Shown: positions 49,795-59,517, numbered from the stretch's first letter. The stretch: DNA of 64,000 nucleotides from Actinomycetota bacterium (GCA_035249905.1 DATFFT010000111.1:12967-76966), one strand, 5' to 3'. Translations and numbers: made by a program. Notes: generated by a model not told the origin, from the letters alone.

Positions 49795-51081
49795 TCACCC
49801 GTCGTCCGGCAGATCGGCGACCGGATCGGGTTCGTCGACGGCGCGATCGCGGACGGACACCATCACGCCCTCTCGGCGACGCTTCACCGGGCTTCGGCGG
49901 GCCCGATCCTCGAGCGAGTCTCTGGGCGAGCTCGGGTCGGCGTCCCGAGTGAGATCCGCATCGATCACGTCGTGGCGATCGAGGGCGCTCGAGATCGAGG
50001 CCTGCACGATCGCGGCGACGGGCAGGGCGATGAACGCCCCGATCAGCCCCGCGATGCTCGCGCCCGCGATGGCGCACCCGAACGCGACGGCGGGGTGCAG
50101 CTCCATGGTCTTGCCCGTGATGCGAGGACTCAGGAGATAGTTCTCGACCTGCTGGTACGCCACGAAGAACACGAGCAGGATCAACGCCTTGACCGGGCTC
50201 TCGACGACGGTGACCAGGAGCGGCAGCGCCATCGCGATGTACGTGCCCACAGTCGGGATGAACTGCGAGACCAGGCCCATCCAGACGGCGAGGGGCACCG
50301 CGAACGGAACGCCGAGCGCGGTCAGCACGATGAACGTCACCACGCCCGAGATGGCCGCGAGCAGCAGCCTCGAGTACAGGTAGGCGCCGGTCTTCTCGAT
50401 CGCGACTTCCCAGACCCACAACACGTGCTGCTGCCGATCGCGCGGAAGCGCCGAGAGCACCGATCGACGGAACCGCGGGCCGTCGGCGGTGAAGTAGAAC
50501 GTGAACAGCCCGGTCGTGAGCAGCATGAAGATCGCCCCGATCAGTGAGGAGGCGAACCCGAACACGTTCCCGGCGACGTTCGTCGCGAACCCGGCGAGAT
50601 CCGAGTCCGCGCTCTGCAGCTGCTGCTGAAGCGTCGATTGCGAGATCTCGAAATTGAACCACCGCTCCGTGTAGCGGCTGACCGTGGTGAGGATGTCCGG
50701 GGCGGCCTGGATCAAGGCCTGCAGTTGGTCGACCACCAACGGGATCATCAGCGCCACCATCACGATCGCGAAGACGACGACCCCGAGCAGGATCGATCCG
50801 GTCGCGAGCCCGCGTCGCCACCCGCGCCGGGCGAGCCAGTCCACGGCCGGCTCGAGCGCGAACGAGACGAACAGGGCGACGAGGATCCACGTGAGCAGGC
50901 TCGAGAGCTGGCGGAGCAGCGAGGTCGTCATCGTCGCGACGAGCCACGCGGCGAAGACGACGGCGAGGAGGGTGATGATCCATCGCCACGACGGCGGATG
51001 GATGATCACCGGGATCGGCCGGCGATCGCCCGGCTCGGGCGATCGCTCTCCCCCCGGCTTCGGCTCGCGATCTTCGCCCAT
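49795..51081 (-). CDS. AI-2E family (PerM/YhhT-like) transporter
   Basis: 428 aa from ATG 51081 (GGAGGG SD). Eight hydrophobic segments and a conserved ...FIPTVGTYIA...YQQVENYLLSPRI region. Confidence 0.85.
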   Translation of the reverse strand: MGEDREPKPGGERSPEPGDRRPIPVIIHPPSWRWIITLLAVVFAAWLVATMTTSLLRQLSSLLTWILVALFVSFALEPAVDWLARRGWRRGLATGSILLGVVVFAIVMVALMIPLVVDQLQALIQAAPDILTTVSRYTERWFNFEISQSTLQQQLQSADSDLAGFATNVAGNVFGFASSLIGAIFMLLTTGLFTFYFTADGPRFRRSVLSALPRDRQQHVLWVWEVAIEKTGAYLYSRLLLAAISGVVTFIVLTALGVPFAVPLAVWMGLVSQFIPTVGTYIAMALPLLVTVVESPVKALILLVFFVAYQQVENYLLSPRITGKTMELHPAVAFGCAIAGASIAGLIGAFIALPVAAIVQASISSALDRHDVIDADLTRDADPSSPRDSLEDRARRSPVKRRREGVMVSVRDRAVDEPDPVADLPDDG

Positions 51082-51151
51082 CGTCCCTCCGCGCCCGGCG
51101 GCTCCTCCCAGCGGCGAGGATACCCCGCGACGCGGGCTAGACTCGGAGGAC

Positions 51152-52123
51152 ATGGCCCGCGACCACAACCCCCACGGCCGCCCGCTCCATCTGCCGATCG
51201 TGTCGGTCATGAACGGCGGAGCAGCCGGAGATGCCAGCGGTGGGGAACGCAAGCCCCCGTGGCTCAAGGTGCGGCTGCGCACGGGCCCCGGCGCCGCCGA
51301 GCTCAGAGGCATCATGCGAGGGCTCGACCTGCACACCGTGTGCGAGGAAGCGATGTGCCCCAACATCCACGAGTGTTGGGAGGATCGAGAGGCGACGTTC
51401 CTGATCCTCGGGGACCGGTGCACCCGGCGGTGTGGCTTCTGCGACGTGATGACCGCGAAACCCGGACCGGTCGATACCGAGGAGCCGAGACGCATCGCCG
51501 AGGCGGTGGCACGCATGGGCCTGCGGTTCGTTGTGCTGACCGGCGTCGCTCGCGACGACCTCCCCGATGGTGGGGCCGCGATCTGGGCCGAGACCGTGCG
51601 GCGCGTGCGACGGGCCGTGCCCGGCGCCGGCGTCGAGGTCTTGCCAAGCGACTTCAAGGGCGGCGAGGGCGACATCACGACCCTGCTCGCGAGCGAGCCC
51701 GACGTCTTCGCCCACAACCTCGAGACGGTGCGCCGGCTGCACGGACGCATCCGACCGGCGTTCGGGTACGACCGTTCCCTCGAGGTGCTGCGCATCGCGA
51801 AACGCGTGAGGCCGGGTCAGGTGACCAAGTCGAACCTGATCCTCGGCATGGGGGAACGACGCGACGAGGTGCCCGAGGCCATGCGCGATCTCGTCGATGC
51901 CGGATGCAACATCCTCACGATCGGCCAGTATCTGCAACCCACCCCACACCACCTGCCGGTCGACCGCTGGGTGCACCCCGACGAGTTCTCCCAGCTCGCC
52001 CTCGAAGGTGAGGCGCTCGGCTTCGCTCACGTGGAAGCGGGCCCGCTCGTGCGATCGAGCTATCACGCCGGCACGCAGTTCCGGCGTGCGCGGGACCACG
52101 GCCTGGTGGCCGCGGGGAACTAG
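51152..52123 (+). CDS. lipA: lipoyl synthase
   Basis: CEEAMCPNIHEC auxiliary cluster and CTRRCGFCDV radical-SAM motif. GGAGGA SD lies upstream of ATG 51152. Confidence 0.95.
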   Translation: MARDHNPHGRPLHLPIVSVMNGGAAGDASGGERKPPWLKVRLRTGPGAAELRGIMRGLDLHTVCEEAMCPNIHECWEDREATFLILGDRCTRRCGFCDVMTAKPGPVDTEEPRRIAEAVARMGLRFVVLTGVARDDLPDGGAAIWAETVRRVRRAVPGAGVEVLPSDFKGGEGDITTLLASEPDVFAHNLETVRRLHGRIRPAFGYDRSLEVLRIAKRVRPGQVTKSNLILGMGERRDEVPEAMRDLVDAGCNILTIGQYLQPTPHHLPVDRWVHPDEFSQLALEGEALGFAHVEAGPLVRSSYHAGTQFRRARDHGLVAAGN

Positions 52124-52126
52124 CGC

Positions 52127-52684
52127 TCACGATCGTCGGACCGCGAGGCGCAGCTCCGCGAACCGTGCGCCGAGATCGTCGAGCTGGTGATGGGCATTCA
52201 GTCCGCTCGGGTTCGGCAGCACCCACAGGAGGGCTCCGCCGAGGGTCCCAGCCTGTCGGCCGAGCGAGGCCCGTGGGTGCCGGAACGCCGTTCGGAATGC
52301 ACCGATGCCGAGGACGGCGACGCATCGGGGCGCCCAGCGATCGACGGTCTCCTCGAGCCGGAGGGCGCCGGCTCGAAGCTCGTCGTCGCGCAGATCCTTC
52401 GCTCCGGCGGTCGCACGCGCGACGAGGTTCGTCAGCCCGCATCCGTACCGCACCGACTCGGCGTCGTCGACGGGGTGGAGAACGCGGTCGGTGAATCCCC
52501 CACGATGCAACGCCTTCCAGAATCGATTGCCGGGGCGCGCGAAGTGGTGGCCGACCGCACCCGAGTACAAGCCGGGGTTGATGCCGCAGAAGAGCACGTC
52601 GAGATCGGGAGCCAGCACATCGGGGATCGTCGTTCCCACCGCGGCGGCGACCTGCTCCGGCGTCGGCTTCGGGCGACCCGGCAT
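52127..52684 (-). CDS. mug: G/U mismatch-specific uracil-DNA glycosylase
   Basis: 185 aa. LFCGINPGLYS and LPNPSGLN motifs. Confidence 0.9.
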   Translation of the reverse strand: MPGRPKPTPEQVAAAVGTTIPDVLAPDLDVLFCGINPGLYSGAVGHHFARPGNRFWKALHRGGFTDRVLHPVDDAESVRYGCGLTNLVARATAGAKDLRDDELRAGALRLEETVDRWAPRCVAVLGIGAFRTAFRHPRASLGRQAGTLGGALLWVLPNPSGLNAHHQLDDLGARFAELRLAVRRS

Positions 52685-52705
52685 CGACGTACAGCCTCCC
52701 AGACC

Positions 52706-53096
<391 letters not shown>

Positions 53097-53133
53097 ATCA
53101 GAGGATACCCGCGCCGTAGACTGCCCACGACCG

Positions 53134-54003
53134 ATGCGCAAGACGATCGCCGTCCTCGTGGCCATGCTCGTGCTCGGCGTCGCCGCCTGCTCGAGCCCGG
53201 AAACGGGACCCGCGAGCCCCGCCGGCGCCGCCGAGCTGCGGGGCGCCCCCGCCCTCTCGCAGGCCCAGCTGCGCGCCGCGACGTTGCGCTTCGTGGAGGC
53301 GTATCGGACGACCGTGATCGGAGGGAACGAGCTCCGCGCCTTGGCGGCGACCCCGCTGATGCGCCGATTCGCCTACTGGCTCGGCGTCACGAACCGAGCC
53401 TTCCCCGGTGAGATCTCCGCGACGACGACGGTGGGCGCCGTCGGGTCGGCGAGCGGCGTCGGAGGGGACGCCCCCGTGGTGGAGATCGACCTTTCGGCGC
53501 AGGTCGACGTCGTCGCTCAGCCGGCCGAGGGAGAGCCGTTCGAGCTCTCCGTGCCGCTCGACGGTCCCGTTCGGTTCGCGGCGGATGAGGCGGGAGGATG
53601 GCGTGTGCTCGACTTCGTACGGTTCGGGGTACCGGTGAGCGGCGCGTTCGTGCCGCTCGACCTCGACTACCGGCGGCCCGGAGTGCGCATCACGGTCGAC
53701 TCGTTCGGCGGCGTCCCCAGCTGGAGCTTCTTCGTCAGGATCTCGGCGACCGGGCCCCGGGTGCTGACGCTCGACGAGGCGGACGTCGCCCTCGTGGATG
53801 CCAAGGGCGAGGTCGTGGGTGAGGCGATCGAGGTCTCGACGCCCTTGCTCGAGGTGGCGCCGGGGGGGCGCATCGACGGCGCTCTCTCGTTCGAGCCGCT
53901 CCAGAAGGTGGGAGGCGTGTCGCTCAGGATCGACCTCAGCGGGGCGGAGGATCCCGTGCCGCTCGAGGTTCCGCTCAGCGCGGTCACTCGGGCCGGCGGC
54001 TAG
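53134..54003 (+). CDS. hypothetical lipoprotein
   Basis: MRKTIAVLVAMLVLGVAAC is signal plus lipobox. 289 aa. No family recognised. ATG 53134 within track ORF 52999..54003. Confidence 0.6.
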   Translation: MRKTIAVLVAMLVLGVAACSSPETGPASPAGAAELRGAPALSQAQLRAATLRFVEAYRTTVIGGNELRALAATPLMRRFAYWLGVTNRAFPGEISATTTVGAVGSASGVGGDAPVVEIDLSAQVDVVAQPAEGEPFELSVPLDGPVRFAADEAGGWRVLDFVRFGVPVSGAFVPLDLDYRRPGVRITVDSFGGVPSWSFFVRISATGPRVLTLDEADVALVDAKGEVVGEAIEVSTPLLEVAPGGRIDGALSFEPLQKVGGVSLRIDLSGAEDPVPLEVPLSAVTRAGG

Positions 54004-54413
54004 ACGTCTCGGCGTGCGGCGAGCCCATCGTCGACGCCTCTGTTCGCGAGCCGGTCGGCCTCGGTGTTCAGCTCCCGGAGCACATGCTCGTACGCGATCG
54101 ACACGAACCCCGCGGCGAGCTCCAACACCCGACGATGCAAGGGCTGCAGATGCGGCGTCCGCACTCGGTAGAGCCCGGTGAGCTGGTTGATCAAGAGCTG
54201 AGAATCGGATCGGAGCAGGACCCGGGTGGCGCCGAGCTCGTGTGCACGTTCGAGCCCACGGATCACGGCCGTGTACTCGGCGACGTTGTTCGTGGTCTCG
54301 CCGAGCGCCTCTGCGATCTCGGCCAGCACGACGCCCTCGTCGTCGGTGATCTGGACGCCCGCCCCGGCCGGACCGGGATTGCCGCGAGACGCGCCGTCAC
54401 ACGCGACGATCAC
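54000..54413 (-). CDS. RNase H (RNase HI-type, actinobacterial short form)
   Basis: VACDGASRGNPGPAG...NNVAEY...LRSDSQLL...NTEADRLAN carry the DEDD catalytic residues. It overlaps the upstream gene stop. Confidence 0.85.
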   Translation of the reverse strand: MIVACDGASRGNPGPAGAGVQITDDEGVVLAEIAEALGETTNNVAEYTAVIRGLERAHELGATRVLLRSDSQLLINQLTGLYRVRTPHLQPLHRRVLELAAGFVSIAYEHVLRELNTEADRLANRGVDDGLAARRDV

Positions 54414-55114
54414 ACGACCAAGATGCGGCGACAGTGCTCACACCTCCTGATGCCTTCGGCGCGCTTGATCCGGTCGAGCTCCACCGCCGACAGGTGCTCA
54501 TGGCACGCCTGGCACACCCCGTCGACGAGGGCAGCCGCGCCGATGCCCTTCTTCTGGCGGCGCAGGCTCTCGTAGAGCTCGAGGACCTCGGGCTCGATCT
54601 CGAGGGCGATGGCCGCGCGCTCGTCGGTGCGGCGGGCGAGATCGGCCTCCACGGCGGCGAGCTCCGCCGCCGCGGCGTGCGCGGCCTCCTCGGCCTCGGC
54701 CCGCAGCCCGGTGGACTCCCGCTCGGCCGCTGCCGCGTCGGTCTCGAGGCGCTCGGCGATCTCGAGCACGGCGAGCACCTCGTCCTCACGGTCGGATCGA
54801 CGCTTCTTGACGCTGGCGATCTCGTGTTCCAGCGCCTCGAGTTCCTTCGCGTTCACGATCGAGCCGTCGAACATGCGGGTCTGCTCGTCCTGCTCCTTCC
54901 GCGTCAGCGAGTCGATCTCGTGTTCGAACCGCGACTGGTCGCGCCCGAGCTCGTCGAGCCGAAGGCGGAGCTCGCCGAGACGGCTCTCGGCGGCATCCGC
55001 TCGGGCGCGCACGGCGGCCAACTCTCCTCCTGCATGCAGGTCCGCGAGCCGCGCGCGTGATCGATCGATCGCGGAGTCGGTCTCTTGGAGCGCCAGCAGT
55101 CGAGGGGTGGTCAT
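54410..55114 (-). CDS. DUF164-type coiled-coil protein with C4 zinc ribbon
   Basis: 234 aa. Long coiled coil, then CQACHEHL...CEHCRRIL. Confidence 0.85.
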   Translation of the reverse strand: MTTPRLLALQETDSAIDRSRARLADLHAGGELAAVRARADAAESRLGELRLRLDELGRDQSRFEHEIDSLTRKEQDEQTRMFDGSIVNAKELEALEHEIASVKKRRSDREDEVLAVLEIAERLETDAAAAERESTGLRAEAEEAAHAAAAELAAVEADLARRTDERAAIALEIEPEVLELYESLRRQKKGIGAAALVDGVCQACHEHLSAVELDRIKRAEGIRRCEHCRRILVV

Positions 55115-55246
55115 CGCAGGCGAAGCCTAGCCGATGCCGTCTTCCTTCCCGGCGGCCGTACAGCGGCGGGAAGTACGCGGGGCGCGAAGGAACGACGACG
55201 ACGCCCGCGGCCCGCATCGCCGCCGGCGCCGCCGCCTCGGCGCGTC

Positions 55247-55438
55247 TTACGGGAACTCGACGCTCTCGAACAACGAGTTCGTGGCTTGACCCATGAAGGT
55301 CACCGCCCCCACGATGACCACGAGGATCAAGGCCAGCATGAGCGCGTATTCCACGGCGGTCGCGCCCCGGTCCTCCAGCACCCGGTCGCTGATCGCCGCT
55401 CGCCAAACCTGGGCCTTCGCGTACAGCCGCAGGATCAT
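55247..55438 (-). CDS. flp: Flp/Fap-family type IVb prepilin
   Basis: 63 aa. Processing motif G/ATAVEYALMLALILVVIVG. Confidence 0.8.
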   Translation of the reverse strand: MILRLYAKAQVWRAAISDRVLEDRGATAVEYALMLALILVVIVGAVTFMGQATNSLFESVEFP

Positions 55439-55592
55439 GCGGAATCCCCTCTCTCTGATCGGGATCGAACGCAGGAACGGCCGGGAACCCCGGCCGACCC
55501 CTCACGCCCGTCTTCCCTGGGGGTATCGGCTGGAGGACCCTCCGGAGTTGAGCGCCGGGTGGAGATGAACGAGGCCCGGTAGGCTGGGCCAT

Positions 55593-56372
55593 GTGGGGGG
55601 CGAGGTCGACGGTCGGGTCGCGTTGGTCACCGGGGCCGGCAGCCCGTCCGGCATCGGATTCGCGTGCGCGAGGGTGCTCGCTCGGGAAGGAGCGGCCGTC
55701 GCGATCTCGTCGACGACCCGCCGCATCGAGGAGCGAGCCGCCGAGCTGCACGCCGACGACGCGGAGGCGGTCGGCTTCGTGGCCGACCTCACCGACAGGG
55801 ACCAGGCCCGTGCCCTCGTCGAAGGCGTTTCGGAGCTGCTCGGCAGGGTCGACATCGTCGTCAACAACGCCGGCATGGTCAACGTCGGCATGCAAGGTGA
55901 GATCGACGACGCGTTCGCCGACCTGAGCGACTCGGACTGGGACCTCGAGCTGGATCTCAACCTCCATACCGCCTTCAACGTCACGAGGCCCCTGGTGCCC
56001 GGGATGATCGATCGCGGCTGGGGTCGCATCGTGATGGTGTCGTCGGTGACCGGGCCCGTGACGGCGATCGCCGGCGCCGCCGGGTACGGGGCGGCGAAGG
56101 CGGGCATGGACGGCCTGATGCGCGGGCTCGCGCTCGAGCTCGGGCCGAAGGGGATCACCGCGAACTCGGTCGCGCCGGGGTGGATCGCCTCGGGCTCGCA
56201 GTTGCCCGAGGAGGCCGCCTCGGGCCGGCAAACGCCGCTGGGACGCTCAGGCCGTCCCGAGGAGGTCGCCGAGGTCGTCGCGTTCCTCGCGAGCGATCGG
56301 GCGAGCTATGTGACCGGCCAGTCGATCGTGGTCGACGGCGGGAACACGATCCAGGAGTTGAAAGGCCCCTAG
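55593..56372 (+). CDS. short-chain dehydrogenase/reductase (FabG-like)
   Basis: TGAGSPSGIG, NNAG, YGAAK catalytic triad region. Confidence 0.9.
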   Translation: MGGEVDGRVALVTGAGSPSGIGFACARVLAREGAAVAISSTTRRIEERAAELHADDAEAVGFVADLTDRDQARALVEGVSELLGRVDIVVNNAGMVNVGMQGEIDDAFADLSDSDWDLELDLNLHTAFNVTRPLVPGMIDRGWGRIVMVSSVTGPVTAIAGAAGYGAAKAGMDGLMRGLALELGPKGITANSVAPGWIASGSQLPEEAASGRQTPLGRSGRPEEVAEVVAFLASDRASYVTGQSIVVDGGNTIQELKGP

Positions 56373-56380
56373 TCCTCCGC

Positions 56381-57118
56381 GTGCTCGGCTTCCTCGTTCG
56401 ACCTCGCTGGATCGCCCTCACCGCGTTCGCGATCGTGGTCATCGTGGTCTGTGTGCTTGCCGGGCTCTGGCAGCTCGACCGGCTCGAGGGGCGCAGGGAG
56501 TTCAACGCCAGATATGCGGAGGGGCTCGCCGCCGAGCCTCGACCCCTCGAGCAGCTGCTGGACGAAGGAGGCGCGCTCGCCTACCGGCGCGCCATCGCGA
56601 GCGGCCGTTACGACTCCGAACACGAGGTGATCCTGTACGGGCGAACGCTCGATGGCCGAGCAGGGAATCACCTACTGACGCCGCTCGTGCTCGCCGACGG
56701 CAGGGCGATCGTGGTCGACCGCGGGTGGGTCCCGTTCGAGATGGACGACCCCCCGGTCCGGGAGGCGTCCCCGCCCGCCGGCACCGTCGACGTCGTGGGA
56801 GCGTTGTTCGCCGATCAACCCGGGGGTGCCGGCGACGTCTCGCAGCCGGAGGATCGCATCGTGACCGTGCGCTCGGTCGACCTGCAGGCGATCGCCGGCG
56901 ACGTGCCGTACGAACTCGTGCCGTGGTTCCTGCAACTGCGTGCGCAGTCGCCATCCCCTCGCGACCTGCCCGTGCCCGCCCCGCTTCCCGAGCTCACCGA
57001 AGGCCCCCACCTCAGCTACGCCATCCAGTGGTTCGCCTTCGCGACGATCGCAGCTGTCGGCTATGTGATCCTGGTGCGGCGCGAGGTGAGGGACCCGAGC
57101 GATCCGCCCACCGGATAG
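56381..57118 (+). CDS. SURF1-family cytochrome oxidase biogenesis protein
   Basis: N-terminal TM plus GLWQLDR, VDRGWVP, and C-terminal HLSYAIQWFAFA plus TM. GTG 56381 inferred. Confidence 0.8.
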   Translation: MLGFLVRPRWIALTAFAIVVIVVCVLAGLWQLDRLEGRREFNARYAEGLAAEPRPLEQLLDEGGALAYRRAIASGRYDSEHEVILYGRTLDGRAGNHLLTPLVLADGRAIVVDRGWVPFEMDDPPVREASPPAGTVDVVGALFADQPGGAGDVSQPEDRIVTVRSVDLQAIAGDVPYELVPWFLQLRAQSPSPRDLPVPAPLPELTEGPHLSYAIQWFAFATIAAVGYVILVRREVRDPSDPPTG

Positions 57119-57170
57119 GTCTCGACTTTCGGCATGGGTCGGGGCCGGGGGGCACGAGGCGGTCGGTGTC

Positions 57171-57218
57171 GGTTCCTTGCCCCGTTCTCGGGCCGAAGAC
57201 GTTCCTGAGCAAGGAACC
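57171..57218 (+). repeat. perfect 10-bp inverted repeat GGTTCCTTGC...GCAAGGAACC (28-nt spacer)
   Basis: Read directly. Lies between the SURF1 stop and the ABC permease start (39 nt upstream of ATG 57257). Confidence 0.5.
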
Positions 57219-57256
57219 CGGAGCCTCGGCGGCGGCGCGGGCCTACGCTCCACACG

Positions 57257-58228
57257 ATGCTTCGCTACCTGGTGCGACGGATCATATTCATGGTCCTCGT
57301 GCTCGGCATCGTCTCGCTGCTGACCTTCCTGATCTTCGTGAAGCTCCCCGCCGGGGACCCGGCCCGGCGGGCGGCAGGCAAGGCGTCCACCCCCGAGCAG
57401 ATCGAGAACGCCCGTCGCGCCTTCGGTCTCGACCGGCCGCTCCCGGTGCAGTACGCGCGATTCGCGAAGGGGCTGATCCCGTGGCCGGGGCTGTTCCTCT
57501 CGGAGGACGTCTACTACTCGTACGGGAACTTCGTGCCCGTGAAGGAGGAGATCGCACGCCGCCTGCCGGTCACGGCCACGCTCGCCGTCGGCGCGGCCGC
57601 GGTCTGGCTGATGATCGGCATCCCGCTCGGGGTGCTCGCGGGGATCAAGCGCCGGTCGACGGCGAGCCGGTTCGCGATGTTCTTCGCGATCGTCGGCGTG
57701 TCTTTGCCCGTCTTCTGGCTCGGCCAACTGCTGCTCTTCGTCTTCTGGTTCCAGCTCGGGTGGGCCCCGCCGAGTGGGCTCGACATCGGTCAGAGCGTGC
57801 CGGGGGCGGTGCTCGCGGGCTCGTTCATCCTTCCCTGGATCACGGTCGCGGTCGGATACGCGGCGATCTACGCGCGGATGACCCGCTCGAACGTGATCGA
57901 GACCATGAGCGAGGACTACATCCGAACGGCCCGCTCGAAGGGTCTGCCCGAGCGGACCGTGATCGCTCGGCACGGCATGCGGGGCGCACTCACGCCGATC
58001 GTGACGATGCTCGGGGTCGATCTCGGCACATTGCTCGGAGGCCTGTTCATCACCGAGGCGCTCTTCGGCCTGCCCGGCATCGGCTCGCTGGCGGTCGACT
58101 CGATCGCAAGGCAGGACTTCCCCATGGTCATGGGCGTCACCGTGATGGGTGCGTTGTTCATCGCGATCGCCAACCTCGTCGTCGACGTGGCCTACGCGTT
58201 CCTCGATCCCCGCGTTCGCTACTCCTGA
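57257..58228 (+). CDS. ABC transporter permease, peptide/nickel (DppB/OppB/NikB) type
   Basis: 323 aa. MLRYLVRRIIFMVLVL start, six TM segments, EAA-loop region YIRTARSKGLPERTVIARHGMRGAL. Confidence 0.9.
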   Translation: MLRYLVRRIIFMVLVLGIVSLLTFLIFVKLPAGDPARRAAGKASTPEQIENARRAFGLDRPLPVQYARFAKGLIPWPGLFLSEDVYYSYGNFVPVKEEIARRLPVTATLAVGAAAVWLMIGIPLGVLAGIKRRSTASRFAMFFAIVGVSLPVFWLGQLLLFVFWFQLGWAPPSGLDIGQSVPGAVLAGSFILPWITVAVGYAAIYARMTRSNVIETMSEDYIRTARSKGLPERTVIARHGMRGALTPIVTMLGVDLGTLLGGLFITEALFGLPGIGSLAVDSIARQDFPMVMGVTVMGALFIAIANLVVDVAYAFLDPRVRYS

Positions 58229-58229
58229 G

Positions 58230-58625
58230 CTACGCGAATCGGTTCCGCATGCTCTCTGCGGCCATGTCGAAGTACTGCTCGAGCGCCGCTCGAACGTCCT
58301 CCGGCGGGTCCAGCGAATCGAGCGCGCTGCGCATGTGCGCGAGCCAACGGTCTCGCTCCTCACCGCCGATCGCGAACGGCGCATGGCGCATGCGCAGCCG
58401 AGGATGCCCGCGTTCCTCGTTGTACGTGGTGGGACCTCCCCAGTACTGCGCGAGGAAGAGCGTCAGCCGGCGACGCGCCGGCGCCAGATCGTCGGGCTCC
58501 GGGTATAGGCGCAGCAGCACGGGGTCGGCCGCCACGCCCTCGTAGAAGCGGTCGACGAGCGCCTCGAAGAACGGCATGCCGCCGACGGCCTCGTACAACG
58601 TGGTCCGACCCTGAACCTCACTCAC
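58230..58625 (-). CDS. glbO: group II truncated haemoglobin (trHbO)
   Basis: 131 aa. TLYEAVGG...FFEALVDRFY...WGGP..Y...RGHPRLRMRHAPF. Confidence 0.9.
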   Translation of the reverse strand: MSEVQGRTTLYEAVGGMPFFEALVDRFYEGVAADPVLLRLYPEPDDLAPARRRLTLFLAQYWGGPTTYNEERGHPRLRMRHAPFAIGGEERDRWLAHMRSALDSLDPPEDVRAALEQYFDMAAESMRNRFA

Positions 58626-58652
58626 GAAGGGAAGTGTACGGACGCCAGGACC

Positions 58653-59342
58653 TCAGATGAGCGGCAGGAGTCGGCGAAGCTCGTCCCCGAGCCGCTGGGC
58701 CGGGGTGTCAGGATCCACCGTTGACGGGGTCTCCTCCGTCGGTGAGGGGTCGGCCGTCGGTGAGGGGTCGTCCGTCGGTGAGGGATCCGTCGGTGGAGGT
58801 GGGTCCGTTGGCGAGTCCGGCGGTGGCGGAGGTGGGGGCGGCGGAGGCGGCGGTGGGGGCGGCGGAGATGACGGTGATGACGGGGGGGACGAGGGTTGCG
58901 TCGTCGGTCCGTTCACGTTGCCGTTCCCGCCGGGGCTGCCGCCGTTACCCGACGGCCTGGGATCGGGCCCTTCAGCAGGCTCGGCCAGGGGCGTGCTCCG
59001 AACGCGGTTACGACGGCGGTCGGTGTCCCTCCGGCGCTCGCGCTCCGGCATCGGGCTGGGCGGTTCGAAGTCCTCGGTCTCGGTGACGATCATCCTGCCC
59101 TGCTCGTCGAGATCGACACCGGCGGCGATGTTCACCCCCTCGCGGGCGGCGGGCCACAGCGCGACACCCGCGGCCACGACGACGACGACCACGACGACCG
59201 AGATACCGACCCTCGCACTGTGCTGCAGGACGTGTCGTTTCCACGTCGATCGGACGACCGCGAACACGATGATGCCGCCGATCCCGACGAGCATCGCGAA
59301 CGTGACCGCGTCGGCGAGGATGTTCAGGTCCGTGGGTGACAT
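58653..59342 (-). CDS. membrane protein with proline-rich C-terminal region (Pro16 run)
   Basis: 229 aa. Two TM helices (one with V8), then S/P/G-rich region, 16 consecutive Pro and DPSPT hexapeptide repeats. Confidence 0.6.
   Translation of the reverse strand: MSPTDLNILADAVTFAMLVGIGGIIVFAVVRSTWKRHVLQHSARVGISVVVVVVVVAAGVALWPAAREGVNIAAGVDLDEQGRMIVTETEDFEPPSPMPERERRRDTDRRRNRVRSTPLAEPAEGPDPRPSGNGGSPGGNGNVNGPTTQPSSPPSSPSSPPPPPPPPPPPPPPPPDSPTDPPPPTDPSPTDDPSPTADPSPTEETPSTVDPDTPAQRLGDELRRLLPLI
58736..58807. repeat. about 3.5 tandem copies of an 18-nt unit (CCGTCGGTGAGGGGTCGG)
   Basis: Read directly. Encodes the (D)PSPT(x) hexapeptide repeats of the proline-rich protein on the minus strand. Confidence 0.8.
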
Positions 59343-59517
59343 ACGTCCTCACGTCGGTCGCGGGGGGAAGCGCCGTGGTTCGGGTCGGCGCTGGATCGGC
59401 GTCCGCAGACCTGCGTCTGTTGTACTCCTTCCGGGGGACTACGGCAACGATTCCCCCCGGGAATCTCGGGGAAACGTCGCTTCGCAGGAAAGGCGGGCGG
59501 GCCTGTCGACCCTCGGG

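Noticed and set aside
58800-58900. GGC/GGN-rich repetitive DNA that could be mistaken for a repeat array
   Set aside because: It is the reverse complement of CCN codons encoding the poly-proline/serine tract. It has no spacer-repeat organisation.
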